From: an uncultured Desulfovibrionaceae bacterium
Lineage (GTDB): Bacteria > Desulfobacterota > Desulfovibrionia > Desulfovibrionales > Desulfovibrionaceae
Direction: 5' to 3'
Assembly: GCA_964370375.1 (NCBI GenBank)
Contig: CAYJIX010000006.1
Span: 321 to 64,320 of the forward strand
DNA: 64,000 nucleotides
The translations under genes were made by a program, and so were the position numbers. Shown piece after piece: positions 9,857 through 19,301 of the stretch. The notes beneath the pieces are model-generated. The model was not told the DNA's origin and searched no databases. It worked only from the letters and a program-made list of their open reading frames with translations. The first letter of the stretch is position 1, and the number at the start of each line of letters is the position of its first letter.

Positions 9857-12542
9857 GTTTGTATCATTTGGAATTGTTGGCTGTGTTATGCTATTTGCAG
9901 GTTTATCTGCAACTGCCTTGGCAGCAGTCAATGAGGTAAAGGTGCTGGTGCTTCCTTTTCAAATCAACGCCGGAAGCCAGTTTGACGCAGCAGGGAGCGA
10001 CTTGCCTTCCTTGTTCAGGCAGCGTCTTGAAGCTAAAGGTTTTGAAGTTGTTTCCGCAGCGGAAACCTCTCGTCTTTTGCGGCAAAGCAACGTCCGTCAA
10101 CTGGATGTGGAAACAGCGCGCAGATTGGCAGGACAAGCTAGGGCAGGGTATGCCTTGTACGGAAGTGTGAATGGCAATATAAACAATTACAGTATTGATA
10201 CACGTCTTGTGCCGGCAGCAGGTACCGGCCCTGCACGCCCGTATTTTATCCAAAAAAATGCCCTTATTGAGCTTTTACCGGCTGTACAAGAATTAGTTGA
10301 CCGTGTCAGCATTGACGCGGTGAGCAGCAATGCCGTTGCCGATATCCAAGTACGAGGTTTGAACTACCTTGATGAAGATGTTGTGCTTATGCGTTTGAAC
10401 ATTGGCAAGGGTGACGTTGCAACTCCGGATGCCATTAACGAAGAGATCAAGCGCATTTGGGACCTTGGTTATTTTAGCGATGTTACAGCAGAAATTGAGC
10501 GTAGCGGTCATGGGCAAGTGCTTGTGTTCACGCTTGAGGAAAAACCGCGCATTTCCGGTGTGGTTGTAAATGGTTCAGATGCTGTGAGTAAGGACGATAT
10601 TTTAGCAGCCATGAGTTCTAAAACAGGCTCTGTTTTAAACGAACGCCTTTTGGCGCAAGATGTCCAAACAGTTACCGAGCTCTATCGCAAAGAAGGCTAT
10701 TATTTAGCCGATGTGCAGGCCAGGGTTGAGCAGCCTCAAGGATCCATGACGGCGGCCCTTGTGTTTGACGTGAGCGAAGGCGAAAAACTGTATATTAAGG
10801 ACGTTATCATTGAAGGCCTTGAGGCCATTGATGAAGACGATATTAAAAAAGATCTGGCCCTTACTGAGCGCGGCTTGTTGTCGTGGTTCACAGGTACAGG
10901 TGTTTTGCGTGAAGAATATCTTGAGCGCGATTCAGCCGTTTTGCAGGCTTTTTGCTTGGATAATGGTTTTATTGACGCGCAAATTTCTGCACCTGAAGTT
11001 ATTTACGAAAAAGATGGTATCATCATCAAGTATCAGATCAATGAAGGAGCGCGTTACAAATTAGGAACCATCGAATTTGTCGGCGACATGATCGATACTG
11101 AAGAAAGAATGAACGAAATCATCACCCTTGATAATTATAAGGAAGATGACGAGTATTTCAAGCTTAGCATCATGCAAGATGACGTGAAAGCGCTTACTGA
11201 TTTTTATGGCAACTATGGCTATGCCTTTGCCGCCATTGATGTGCAAACCAACAAAAATACAGAAGGTGCCGAGCCTGTTTTGGATATCCGCTTTGCGTTC
11301 GACAAAAAGCAAAAAGTGTATATTCGCCGTGTGGAGACTGAAGGCAATTACAGAACCCGTGACAACGTCATTTTGCGCGAAATGCGCATGGGAGACGGGG
11401 ATTTGTTTGATGGTGCAAAGCTTCGCCGATCCAACGAGCGTTTACATCGCTTGCGGTTTTTCACAGAAGTGGACACTGAACTTGTCCCCACAGGCAATGA
11501 AGATGAAGTCGATTTGAAGGTTAAAGTGGCAGAAGACAAAACCGGCGCTGTCATGGGCGGTGTAGGGTATTCTACCTTCTATAAAGTTGGTGTTTCTGCC
11601 AATATTACAGAGCGGAATCTCTTTGGGCGTGGTTATTCTTTGTCTTTGGCAGGGTTTTTCTCATCGGTGAGCACAAACTTTGACATGACCTTTATCAATC
11701 CGCGTCTTTACGATACGGACCTTGGTTTTGGTAACGAAACCTATGCCGTATGGTCTGATTGGGATGATTTTTCAAGAAAAACCTATGGTAACACGATCAG
11801 ATTCTTTTATCCCCTTGGTGAATATACGAGTATTGGCTTTGGCTACCGCCTTGACCAATACACCTTGTATGACATCCCAGAAACAGCGCCTCGTTCATAT
11901 ACAGAATATGAAGGAGAAAACTGGTCAAGCGTTATCCATGGTAACTTGACCTATGATTCAACCGACAGCCGCGAACAACCCACAAGGGGTTATGTTGGTA
12001 AGTTAAGCTTTGAATACGGTGGCGGTGGCCTTGGCGGTAACGACGACTTTTTCAAACCCCTGGCAGAATTGCAAGGTTTCCACATGGTCAATCGTAACGC
12101 CAACCATGTGATGCACTGGCGCGCGCGTGTTGGTGGCGTGTTTGAAAACTCAAACAAGCCTGTACCCGTATTTGACCGCTTTTTCATAGGTGGTATGGAC
12201 AGTATCCGCGGTTATGACAGCTCAGACCTTGCTCCTCGTGATCCTGTATACGGGGACGAAATCGGCGGCGACCGCATGGGCTTTTTAAACCTCGAATATA
12301 TTTGGACCTTTGAGCCTGAATTGGGGCTGGCCATTGTGCCGTTCTTTGACATTGGTTTCCAGACAGATTCGGATCAAACATCTGATCCTTTCTCAGAACT
12401 GAAAAAATCTGTGGGCCTTGAATTGCGCTGGAGATCTCCCATGGGTGATTTGCGTTTTGCCTACGGGTACCCCCTTGATAAGAGCGTCACAGGTGAAGAC
12501 CTTGGCGGCAGGTTTGAGTTCTCCATGGGACAAACCTTCTAA
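9840..12542 (+). CDS. bamA: Outer membrane protein assembly factor BamA with an extra N-terminal domain
   Basis: POTRA repeats plus a C-terminal Omp85 barrel ending in ...RFEFSMGQTF. ATG 9840 (MKSIAKF, GGAGAA RBS) is preferred over the ORF-track TTG 9816. Confidence 0.9.
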   Translation: MKSIAKFVSFGIVGCVMLFAGLSATALAAVNEVKVLVLPFQINAGSQFDAAGSDLPSLFRQRLEAKGFEVVSAAETSRLLRQSNVRQLDVETARRLAGQARAGYALYGSVNGNINNYSIDTRLVPAAGTGPARPYFIQKNALIELLPAVQELVDRVSIDAVSSNAVADIQVRGLNYLDEDVVLMRLNIGKGDVATPDAINEEIKRIWDLGYFSDVTAEIERSGHGQVLVFTLEEKPRISGVVVNGSDAVSKDDILAAMSSKTGSVLNERLLAQDVQTVTELYRKEGYYLADVQARVEQPQGSMTAALVFDVSEGEKLYIKDVIIEGLEAIDEDDIKKDLALTERGLLSWFTGTGVLREEYLERDSAVLQAFCLDNGFIDAQISAPEVIYEKDGIIIKYQINEGARYKLGTIEFVGDMIDTEERMNEIITLDNYKEDDEYFKLSIMQDDVKALTDFYGNYGYAFAAIDVQTNKNTEGAEPVLDIRFAFDKKQKVYIRRVETEGNYRTRDNVILREMRMGDGDLFDGAKLRRSNERLHRLRFFTEVDTELVPTGNEDEVDLKVKVAEDKTGAVMGGVGYSTFYKVGVSANITERNLFGRGYSLSLAGFFSSVSTNFDMTFINPRLYDTDLGFGNETYAVWSDWDDFSRKTYGNTIRFFYPLGEYTSIGFGYRLDQYTLYDIPETAPRSYTEYEGENWSSVIHGNLTYDSTDSREQPTRGYVGKLSFEYGGGGLGGNDDFFKPLAELQGFHMVNRNANHVMHWRARVGGVFENSNKPVPVFDRFFIGGMDSIRGYDSSDLAPRDPVYGDEIGGDRMGFLNLEYIWTFEPELGLAIVPFFDIGFQTDSDQTSDPFSELKKSVGLELRWRSPMGDLRFAYGYPLDKSVTGEDLGGRFEFSMGQTF

Positions 12543-12570
12543 TTTTCATAGACCTTTTATGATGTAAAAG

Positions 12571-12609
12571 CTGCGTGCGCTTTGGCTGTTTTTCCAAAAG
12601 CGCACGCAG
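12571..12609 (+). terminator. Hairpin downstream of bamA (possible terminator)
   Basis: CTGCGTGCGCTTT pairs with AAAGCGCACGCAG (13 bp). No clear U-run follows. Confidence 0.4.
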
Positions 12610-12705
12610 TTGCCCAAATGTTCCTACAAATAAAACTGGGCCCATGGATATATAAGGCATTGTCATAGGCCATAACTATGATGTATTCTTTACAGCAAAT
12701 ACAAA

Positions 12706-14583
12706 GTGATAGCCAGAAAACCTAAGGATAATAGTCGCTTGACATGGCCTACTCAGAGCCGACATGGCATTCTTTTTTGTACAGCGCGCCCCACTGAAGG
12801 GCTGACCAGTAATAGAGAAAAAAGCGTACAATATAGCTGGTTGGCCTATTGGGCTACAGTCCTTTTTGGCGTTTTGTGGGTATGTTTAGGTAGTTATGAT
12901 CTAACTCAAGCCGCGCAATCAAAAGCTGTTCAGCGTTATGAAGCTGTAAAAAGCGACATGGAAACCCTACGCAAGGACGAAAGACGCAGCCAATGGCGCG
13001 AGCCTTGGGAGCAACTGGCAAGCCGATTCCTAAAAATTTATCAAACAGAAAAAGAATGGGTCAATAGGCCGGCGGCCTTGTTTCGTTCTGCTGTAGCTCT
13101 TGATGAACTTGCTTCGCGTTCCTATGTCAAAAAGGACATGCATACAGCGATTGAACGCTACCAAGACGTTGTAGATGCGCACCGTAGCAATCCGTTGGCT
13201 GATGACGCATTGTATGATGCCGCGCGCCTTGCTTGGCATTTTAAAGATTCAGCAACCGCATTAAAACTTCTCGATCAGCTTGTACGAAACGTCCCTAAAG
13301 GGGATATGTTTAGCGATGCGAAGCTTTTGGCTGAAGCCATCAAAAAACAGCAAGGCTCAAACAAAACATCAAATAAAACAACGTCTTCATCTAAAAACAC
13401 ACAGAAAACCGCACCCAAGCCCGCTCCCAAACCTTCTGCTGCCCCCCTTCCTGAGATAACAGGTGAATTGACAGATGTGCGCTGGAGTACACGCAAAGCC
13501 ATTGCCACCGTCACCTTGCAATGTGATACGGAATCTGATTATGTGGTGCGTTCCTATAGTGCCGATTCAAACATAGGCCGTCCCCCTCGCCTTGTGGTGG
13601 AATTGCATAATGTTACGGTCAATAGGCAAGTTAAGCCCGGTGATACAATCAAAAACAGTTTGCTTAGCCGTGTACGCGTAGATACTACTTCTCCTGAAGG
13701 AACACGAATTTACCTTGATTTTTCAAAGTTACAACGTTTTTCTGTAAAGGTAGAAAAATCACCGTTCAGGCTCGTGATCACGGCAGCAGGTACTGATTCT
13801 GCTTTGCCAAAAGGCAATAAAGTTGGTCAAACAGTACATAAAATCACTGCACCCAAGTCTGAAATTCGAGTGCCTACAGATATTACTAGGCAGCTTGGGC
13901 TGTCTGTGCGAAAAGTGATCATTGACCCAGGGCATGGAGGCAACGATCCCGGCACTGCGCACAATGGTCTTGTAGAGCGAACCCTCATGCTGGATATGGC
14001 AAAAAGAGTAGGTAAGCTACTACAAAAGCATAAAATCAAGGTGGAGTATACCAGAACAAAGGATGTGCGTGTCAGCCTTGAGGATCGATCGCGTATGGCC
14101 AATGAAGCCAAAGGGGATTTGTTCTTGTCGCTACACTTGAACGCTAATACAGACCCCAGCGTGGATGGGTTTGAAACGTATTTCCTTGATTTTGCGAGCT
14201 CCTCCACGGCTGCGCGTTTAGCAGGTGTGGAAAACGAGTTGAGTGAACGCAGCTTAGGAGAACTTGAGGGGCTTTTAGCTGACCTTATGCTCAGTGCACG
14301 AACTCAAGAATCCAGACGTGTAGCGGAATTTATTCAGAAAAAAACCCTAGAAAACATGCGAAAACGTAAATACACCCCCCTTGATGGAGGGGTTCGTTCT
14401 GCACCCTTTCACGTGCTTTTAGGGGCAAACATGCCAGGGGTTTTAGTGGAAGTTGGCTATTGTACCAACAAGGCCGAAGCCAAAAAGCTTAAACAATCTG
14501 CTTATCTTAACACCTTAGCTGAAGGCATTGTCAACGGTGTTTTGGGATACGCTCAATATCTTGAGCGTGCTGGCGTTAGATAG
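12706..14583 (+). CDS. N-acetylmuramoyl-L-alanine amidase (Amidase_3) with TPR-like N-terminal region and AMIN-like domain
   Basis: C-terminal IIDPGHGGNDPG...SLHLNA...GVLVEVGY motifs of AmiA/B/C-type amidases. The start is uncertain (GTG 12706 per the track; there is no in-frame ATG before the membrane anchor). Confidence 0.85.
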   Translation: MIARKPKDNSRLTWPTQSRHGILFCTARPTEGLTSNREKSVQYSWLAYWATVLFGVLWVCLGSYDLTQAAQSKAVQRYEAVKSDMETLRKDERRSQWREPWEQLASRFLKIYQTEKEWVNRPAALFRSAVALDELASRSYVKKDMHTAIERYQDVVDAHRSNPLADDALYDAARLAWHFKDSATALKLLDQLVRNVPKGDMFSDAKLLAEAIKKQQGSNKTSNKTTSSSKNTQKTAPKPAPKPSAAPLPEITGELTDVRWSTRKAIATVTLQCDTESDYVVRSYSADSNIGRPPRLVVELHNVTVNRQVKPGDTIKNSLLSRVRVDTTSPEGTRIYLDFSKLQRFSVKVEKSPFRLVITAAGTDSALPKGNKVGQTVHKITAPKSEIRVPTDITRQLGLSVRKVIIDPGHGGNDPGTAHNGLVERTLMLDMAKRVGKLLQKHKIKVEYTRTKDVRVSLEDRSRMANEAKGDLFLSLHLNANTDPSVDGFETYFLDFASSSTAARLAGVENELSERSLGELEGLLADLMLSARTQESRRVAEFIQKKTLENMRKRKYTPLDGGVRSAPFHVLLGANMPGVLVEVGYCTNKAEAKKLKQSAYLNTLAEGIVNGVLGYAQYLERAGVR

Positions 14584-14647
14584 CATTTTTGGCGTCTAAC
14601 AAAAAAAGCATGAAACGCGTTTTTTTAGCGTTGCCTGCGTAGGCAGG

Positions 14648-14695
14648 ATGTATAAGGAGTCCTTTGCTCATATGAGAAAAGGACTCCTTATACAT
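14648..14695. terminator. Bidirectional terminator hairpin between convergent genes
   Basis: Perfect 17-bp stem, ATGTATAAGGAGTCCTT pairing with AAGGACTCCTTATACAT, with a 14-nt loop. It lies between the amidase (+) and ddh (-). Confidence 0.7.
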
Positions 14696-14725
14696 TTGAC
14701 CAGCACGTTATTCTATGTTTTGAAA

Positions 14726-15655
14726 CTACACCAAGCGTGCTACATTGCTTATTCTATCACCTTGTAAAAGCATAACCGGGGGAATATCAATAAGCGTATA
14801 TGCCCCATAGCGTGATTGCTCTTTTAAGCGTACAGCCGCGCGAGCAGCAGAGGCCATGACTTGCGCGGTCAAAGCTGGGTTGTCAATGCGCATGTCAAAG
14901 CTTAAACGCTGGTTCGAGGCACGGCCTGACGCGCCAAGGCGTTCCATAAGAACCCCGTGTGAAGCGTCTGCAACCATGGGGAGTTGTTCTTTTGTGACAG
15001 CACGCACTTCCAGGGGATCGCTGGCAAAATAGGGATCAGCCTTAATGGCTGCTTGCACATCGTTTAAGCTTGCCCCTTGATCCAGAACAACATAGACCAA
15101 GCGTGAATGACGGCCACCGCCAATGGGAATGGTCATGGATGTGGCGTCTGCAACACCTTTAATGGCGCGGGCAGCCACAGAATGCCCCATAGAGCGTCCA
15201 CGTCCAAAATTTGTAAAGGTAGTCCCTGTGGGAACCATGGCTTCAAACAGGGCGCGCATGACCGAATCTGTGCCCGGGTCCCAGCCGGCAGCGGTGACCG
15301 CTACGGCACTTCCTTCGCGGCCTTTGCCGTCAAGCAAATTGACTACATCAGCAATTTGTTCATGAATATCAAAGCTGTCCACCGTGCAAATGCCTTGGGC
15401 CAGCACAGAGGCCGCCAATTCAGGAACCTGCCGTGAAGGCGAGCCGATAAGCAAAACGTCGGGTTTACCTGCGCTTCCGATCAACGCTTCAAGCGAAGAA
15501 AATTCGGACACACCGCGAAGGCCATGGGGATTTGTGCCCATGGATTCGGCACGGCGAACAACGCCAAGGATGCGGCAATCAGGCATAAGTTCAAGGGCTT
15601 CAATGGAGCAAGTGCCAATGTTGCCTAGTCCGTATACAGCAGCTGTAAATGTCAT
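14726..15655 (-). CDS. ddh: meso-Diaminopimelate D-dehydrogenase
   Basis: GLGNIGT Rossmann motif, plus GWDPG and MGHS motifs and overall colinearity with Corynebacterium Ddh as I recall it. ATG 15655 (MTFTAAVYG, GAGGTG RBS) is preferred over the ORF-track start 15742. Confidence 0.82.
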   Translation of the reverse strand: MTFTAAVYGLGNIGTCSIEALELMPDCRILGVVRRAESMGTNPHGLRGVSEFSSLEALIGSAGKPDVLLIGSPSRQVPELAASVLAQGICTVDSFDIHEQIADVVNLLDGKGREGSAVAVTAAGWDPGTDSVMRALFEAMVPTGTTFTNFGRGRSMGHSVAARAIKGVADATSMTIPIGGGRHSRLVYVVLDQGASLNDVQAAIKADPYFASDPLEVRAVTKEQLPMVADASHGVLMERLGASGRASNQRLSFDMRIDNPALTAQVMASAARAAVRLKEQSRYGAYTLIDIPPVMLLQGDRISNVARLV

Positions 15656-15851
15656 AAAACACCTCATGTTAGTTGGAATAGAAAATGTGTACCTTTTTTT
15701 ATCCTGATTGTATAGGGGAGGCAGCACAGGCCTTGCGCTCATGCTTGTGGGGAACGGCGGCTCAGCTTGCAGTTAAAGTAAGTATAGCGTATGTGGCATG
15801 GAGTTTTTTGAATACTGTTTTTATGAAGACGTATAACAGACGGATAGGATA

Positions 15852-16886
15852 ATGAAAAATTGCCAATTTACCAGTGACAATGCCAGCGGAATGCATCCGC
15901 ATGTTTTGACTAAGCTAGGCAAGGCCAATGAAGGCTTTGCCATGCCCTATGGGGATGATGCATGGACAGCACAAGCACACAAGGAGTTTGCTCGTGTTTT
16001 TGGAGACGATTGCACAGCTTACCTTGTGCCTTTGGGCACGGGGGCCAATGTATTGGCCCTAAGGGCTATGCTAAAGCCATGGCAGGGCATTGTTGCCGGA
16101 GAAAAAGCCCATATTCTTAATGCAGAGGCTAGTGCCGTTGAAAGGATAGCCGGCACAAGGATCATGACCTTGCCCACAACGCATGCCAAAATATGCCCCA
16201 AAGATGTGCTGGCTTGTGCTGAAGCTGTGCCGAGTGCCCACCATGTACAACCCGGGGTTTTGAGCCTGACCCAGTCAACTGAGCAAGGCACCGTGTACAC
16301 GGTCGAGGAATTACGGGCTTTGTGCGACGCTGCCCATGCAGGGGGCATGCTTGTGCATATGGACGGAACGCGTCTTGCCAACGCTGCTGCGCATTTGGGC
16401 GTATCCTTGCGCGCCATTTCAAAGGATGTGGGCGTGGACGTGTTATGCTTTGGGGGATCTAAAAATGGGCTCATGTGCGCAGAATCTGTGGTGGTTTTTA
16501 ATCCTACTATCACAACAGGCATGCTCACGTTAAGGAAACAATGCTGCCAATTGTATTCAAAAATGCGTTTTATCAGCGCGCAATTTTTGGCCTATTTTGA
16601 GGACGATTTGTGGCAGAAAAATGCAGCCCACGCCAATGCCATGGCCTTGTATATGCAGGAAAAGCTTGAAGCCGTTAAAGGCGTGCGCATCATGCATCCA
16701 GTAGAAGCAAACGGAGTGTTTGCTGCCATGTCTCCCAATGCGATACAGCTTTTACAACAAAAATATGCGTTTAATGTTGTGGATCCTGTTCATTTTGTGG
16801 CGCGTTGGTTGTGCAGCTTTACCACAACACGTGAAGATATCGACAGCTTTGTGCAAGCTGTGGAAGAGGCAGCAAGCAAGGGATAG
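15852..16886 (+). CDS. ltaE: Low-specificity L-threonine aldolase family PLP enzyme
   Basis: 344 aa with N-terminal FTSDN motif, GTGANVLAL, and beta-eliminating lyase/threonine aldolase family features. Confidence 0.75.
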   Translation: MKNCQFTSDNASGMHPHVLTKLGKANEGFAMPYGDDAWTAQAHKEFARVFGDDCTAYLVPLGTGANVLALRAMLKPWQGIVAGEKAHILNAEASAVERIAGTRIMTLPTTHAKICPKDVLACAEAVPSAHHVQPGVLSLTQSTEQGTVYTVEELRALCDAAHAGGMLVHMDGTRLANAAAHLGVSLRAISKDVGVDVLCFGGSKNGLMCAESVVVFNPTITTGMLTLRKQCCQLYSKMRFISAQFLAYFEDDLWQKNAAHANAMALYMQEKLEAVKGVRIMHPVEANGVFAAMSPNAIQLLQQKYAFNVVDPVHFVARWLCSFTTTREDIDSFVQAVEEAASKG

Positions 16887-16916
16887 CAAAAAATTACCGG
16901 TTAGATGAGCCTGTAA

Positions 16917-17129
16917 AACATAAATCCACAGATAAGATGTTCAGAAAATATATTTGAAGATGGCGATTGGGCTATCATGGAATGGAAAGATCCCAGAGGT
17001 TTTAGAGGGTGTGGCTTTTTTCATATTCTTGAAGGAAAAATTGTTTTCCAACGTGGATATTGGGACAAGCTTAGTTTTTTTAGATTAAATGGCTTGCCTA
17101 TGGATAGTTTGATTGAAAGCAGCTCTTAA
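16917..17129 (+). pseudogene. Relic of a SnoaL/NTF2-like protein gene (C-terminal about 60 codons only)
   Basis: Open frame with no usable start: ...NIFEDGDWAIMEWKDPRGFRGCGFFHILEGKIVFQRGYWDKLSFF...*. It looks like the C-terminal half of SnoaL-like proteins. An in-frame TAA lies at 16914..16916, and only about 30 nt separate it from ltaE. Confidence 0.4.
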
Positions 17130-17251
17130 GATGGCATCTGCCATATACTGGCAATAAAGCATAGCAGCTTGGCTAGGAATAAGGCACGAAAACCTCATCT
17201 TTAAGGATAGAATGATCCTGTCTTTGCTGAAGTTATACAACGGAGTAAAAA

Positions 17252-17938
17252 ATGGATTTTAAAGATAACGGGCTCGCAGCTTGGGAACAAAATGCGGTGT
17301 TTTGGGATGAGCACATGGGAGATGAGTCAAACTTTTTTCATTGTGATATTGTAAGGCCAAATGTAGAAAAATTGCTCAAGATCAACGAAAATGACCTCGT
17401 ACTTGATATAGCTTGCGGAAATGGAAATTTTTCTCAGCGAATGGCAAAACAAGGTGCAACCGTAGTAGCTTTTGATTATAGTCCTAAAATGATAGAGCTT
17501 GCGATCAAGCGAAGAAGGGATGTCCTAGACAAAGTACGCTTTCGTGTTTGTGACGCAACAACATATAATCAACTCGTTCAATTAAAGCAGGAAAGGCCAT
17601 TTACAAAAGCTGTGGCAAACATGGCAATAATGGATATTTCTCAGATAAATCCTTTGTTTAGAGCTGTTTATGAACTGCTTGAACATGATGGAGTTTTTGT
17701 GTTTGCCACACATCACCCTTGTTTTACCTATGAAAACGAAGATTACTTTACCCCTTGCATAAACAAAGGCGTTGCCCTTTTTGGGCAGCCTGTACGACAA
17801 AATTACTATCATCGCTCAATGGCTGATATTTTTAATGGGGCATTTGTTAGCGGATTTGTTCTGGACGGATTTTACGAAACACCCTTTCATGGGGAAAAAA
17901 TCCCTATTGTTATGACTGTAAGGTTTCGGAAAAAATAA
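17252..17938 (+). CDS. Class I SAM-dependent methyltransferase
   Basis: Motif I VLDIACGNGNFS plus an acidic post-I residue (AFDYS). The gene is visibly more A+T-rich than its neighbours. Confidence 0.85.
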   Translation: MDFKDNGLAAWEQNAVFWDEHMGDESNFFHCDIVRPNVEKLLKINENDLVLDIACGNGNFSQRMAKQGATVVAFDYSPKMIELAIKRRRDVLDKVRFRVCDATTYNQLVQLKQERPFTKAVANMAIMDISQINPLFRAVYELLEHDGVFVFATHHPCFTYENEDYFTPCINKGVALFGQPVRQNYYHRSMADIFNGAFVSGFVLDGFYETPFHGEKIPIVMTVRFRKK

Positions 17939-18033
17939 TTTTTTATGTATAAAAAGCGCCTTCGCCTGTAGCTAACAGCTTCTACACTATACCACAGGTT
18001 GCTGTAGTGTTTTTGTCCTTGAGCCTGTGATTT

Positions 18034-19263
18034 TTACAAACTTTTGGCGTGTGCTGTATCTTTACGCGGTAAAAGCAGCACCACAACGCCTTTTGTATTG
18101 ATATGGCTGGCTGTATGTTTGGCTTCTTCACCACTGCCAAAGAACAGGTCAACTTTATGTTGTTTGATGGCTCCACCTGAATCTTGAGGCAAAATCAAGG
18201 CGTGGAAGGGGCGGCGAGGAAAGCCGTTGTCATCAGGTAAAGGAACGCTCATAAACGTGAGCAGACCATTGGCTAACACAGTTTGATCGACCGCTGCGCT
18301 CACCCTTGGTGTGATAACACGTCCCATACTGCCAAATGAGCCCACATGGCCTTTGGCCCCTAAGCGGAAAAAAATATAACTTTGGTTGTATGCTAAAACG
18401 GAGCGTTGCCTTTTTGGATTGGCTTTAAGCCATTTGCGAATGGCTGTCATGCTGACACCGTGCTTTGGCAAATACCCACGCTCTGCCATATAGCGCCCGA
18501 TGGAGCGGTATTTATACCCGTTTTGCCCTGCGTATAAAATGGCCCTTTCGCTGCCGTCTTCAAAAACAAGCCTGCCGGAGCCTTGAACTTGTAGCACAAA
18601 GCCATCCATGGGATCCTCAATCCATGCAAGCTCAAGGCCTTTGCCCCTTAGCGTGTGCAGGGCATCGATCTGATGGCGCGTGCGTGTGCGTAAATACTTG
18701 GACTTTGGCAAAGCGTATAGTGGATGAGTAAAGCGTGCTGTTTTTTTGTACGAAGCCAAAATAGTGGGTTCGTAATATCCTGTAAAGGTAAAGTCCGGCC
18801 CCACACGATACCAACTAAAGGCTGAAACCAATTTCTCCGGATTTGCGTCAAGTTCCGGAAGGAGCTCAAGCAGGGTTGTAAGGGCTTTTGTCATTTCGCC
18901 ATAGGATATGCTTTTGCCATGCACCTTTACGGCTGTTTCTGTGGGCGGTTTGGAACTTGTATGATTCAGACTTTGAGTAACGGCAAAGGTCATGTCCTTC
19001 CATGATCCAAGGCCTTGCCGCTCTGCCGACAAGGCTGCTACCAAGGTGCTGACAGTGGCGTCGTCTAATGGTTGTAGCATGGGCCGCTCTAAGCTTTTGA
19101 GCAGGTGCAAGGGCGGTTCTTTTGGTGCAGGTTTTGTGATTTGTTCAGGGGCTAGGACTTCTGGGGCTTTAGCTGCACAGCCATGCAGTATGAAAAGAAG
19201 CGCGAAAAGGGCGATGCTTGCAAACCATCGGCGATGTTTTGTCAAAGAAGGTTTGTCGGCCAT
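18034..19263 (-). CDS. mltA: Membrane-bound lytic murein transglycosylase A (lipoprotein)
   Basis: MltA plus 3D-domain features. ATG 19263 (MADKPS..., lipobox ILHGC) is preferred over the track start 19383. Confidence 0.82.
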   Translation of the reverse strand: MADKPSLTKHRRWFASIALFALLFILHGCAAKAPEVLAPEQITKPAPKEPPLHLLKSLERPMLQPLDDATVSTLVAALSAERQGLGSWKDMTFAVTQSLNHTSSKPPTETAVKVHGKSISYGEMTKALTTLLELLPELDANPEKLVSAFSWYRVGPDFTFTGYYEPTILASYKKTARFTHPLYALPKSKYLRTRTRHQIDALHTLRGKGLELAWIEDPMDGFVLQVQGSGRLVFEDGSERAILYAGQNGYKYRSIGRYMAERGYLPKHGVSMTAIRKWLKANPKRQRSVLAYNQSYIFFRLGAKGHVGSFGSMGRVITPRVSAAVDQTVLANGLLTFMSVPLPDDNGFPRRPFHALILPQDSGGAIKQHKVDLFFGSGEEAKHTASHINTKGVVVLLLPRKDTAHAKSL

Positions 19264-19301
19264 GGTAGTTTTTTGAAAAAATGTATGAAAAAGCATGGTT
19301 G

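Noticed and set aside
12571-12609. The bamA downstream hairpin as a confident intrinsic terminator.
   Set aside because: It has a 13-bp stem but no following U-tract. It is kept only as a low-confidence feature.
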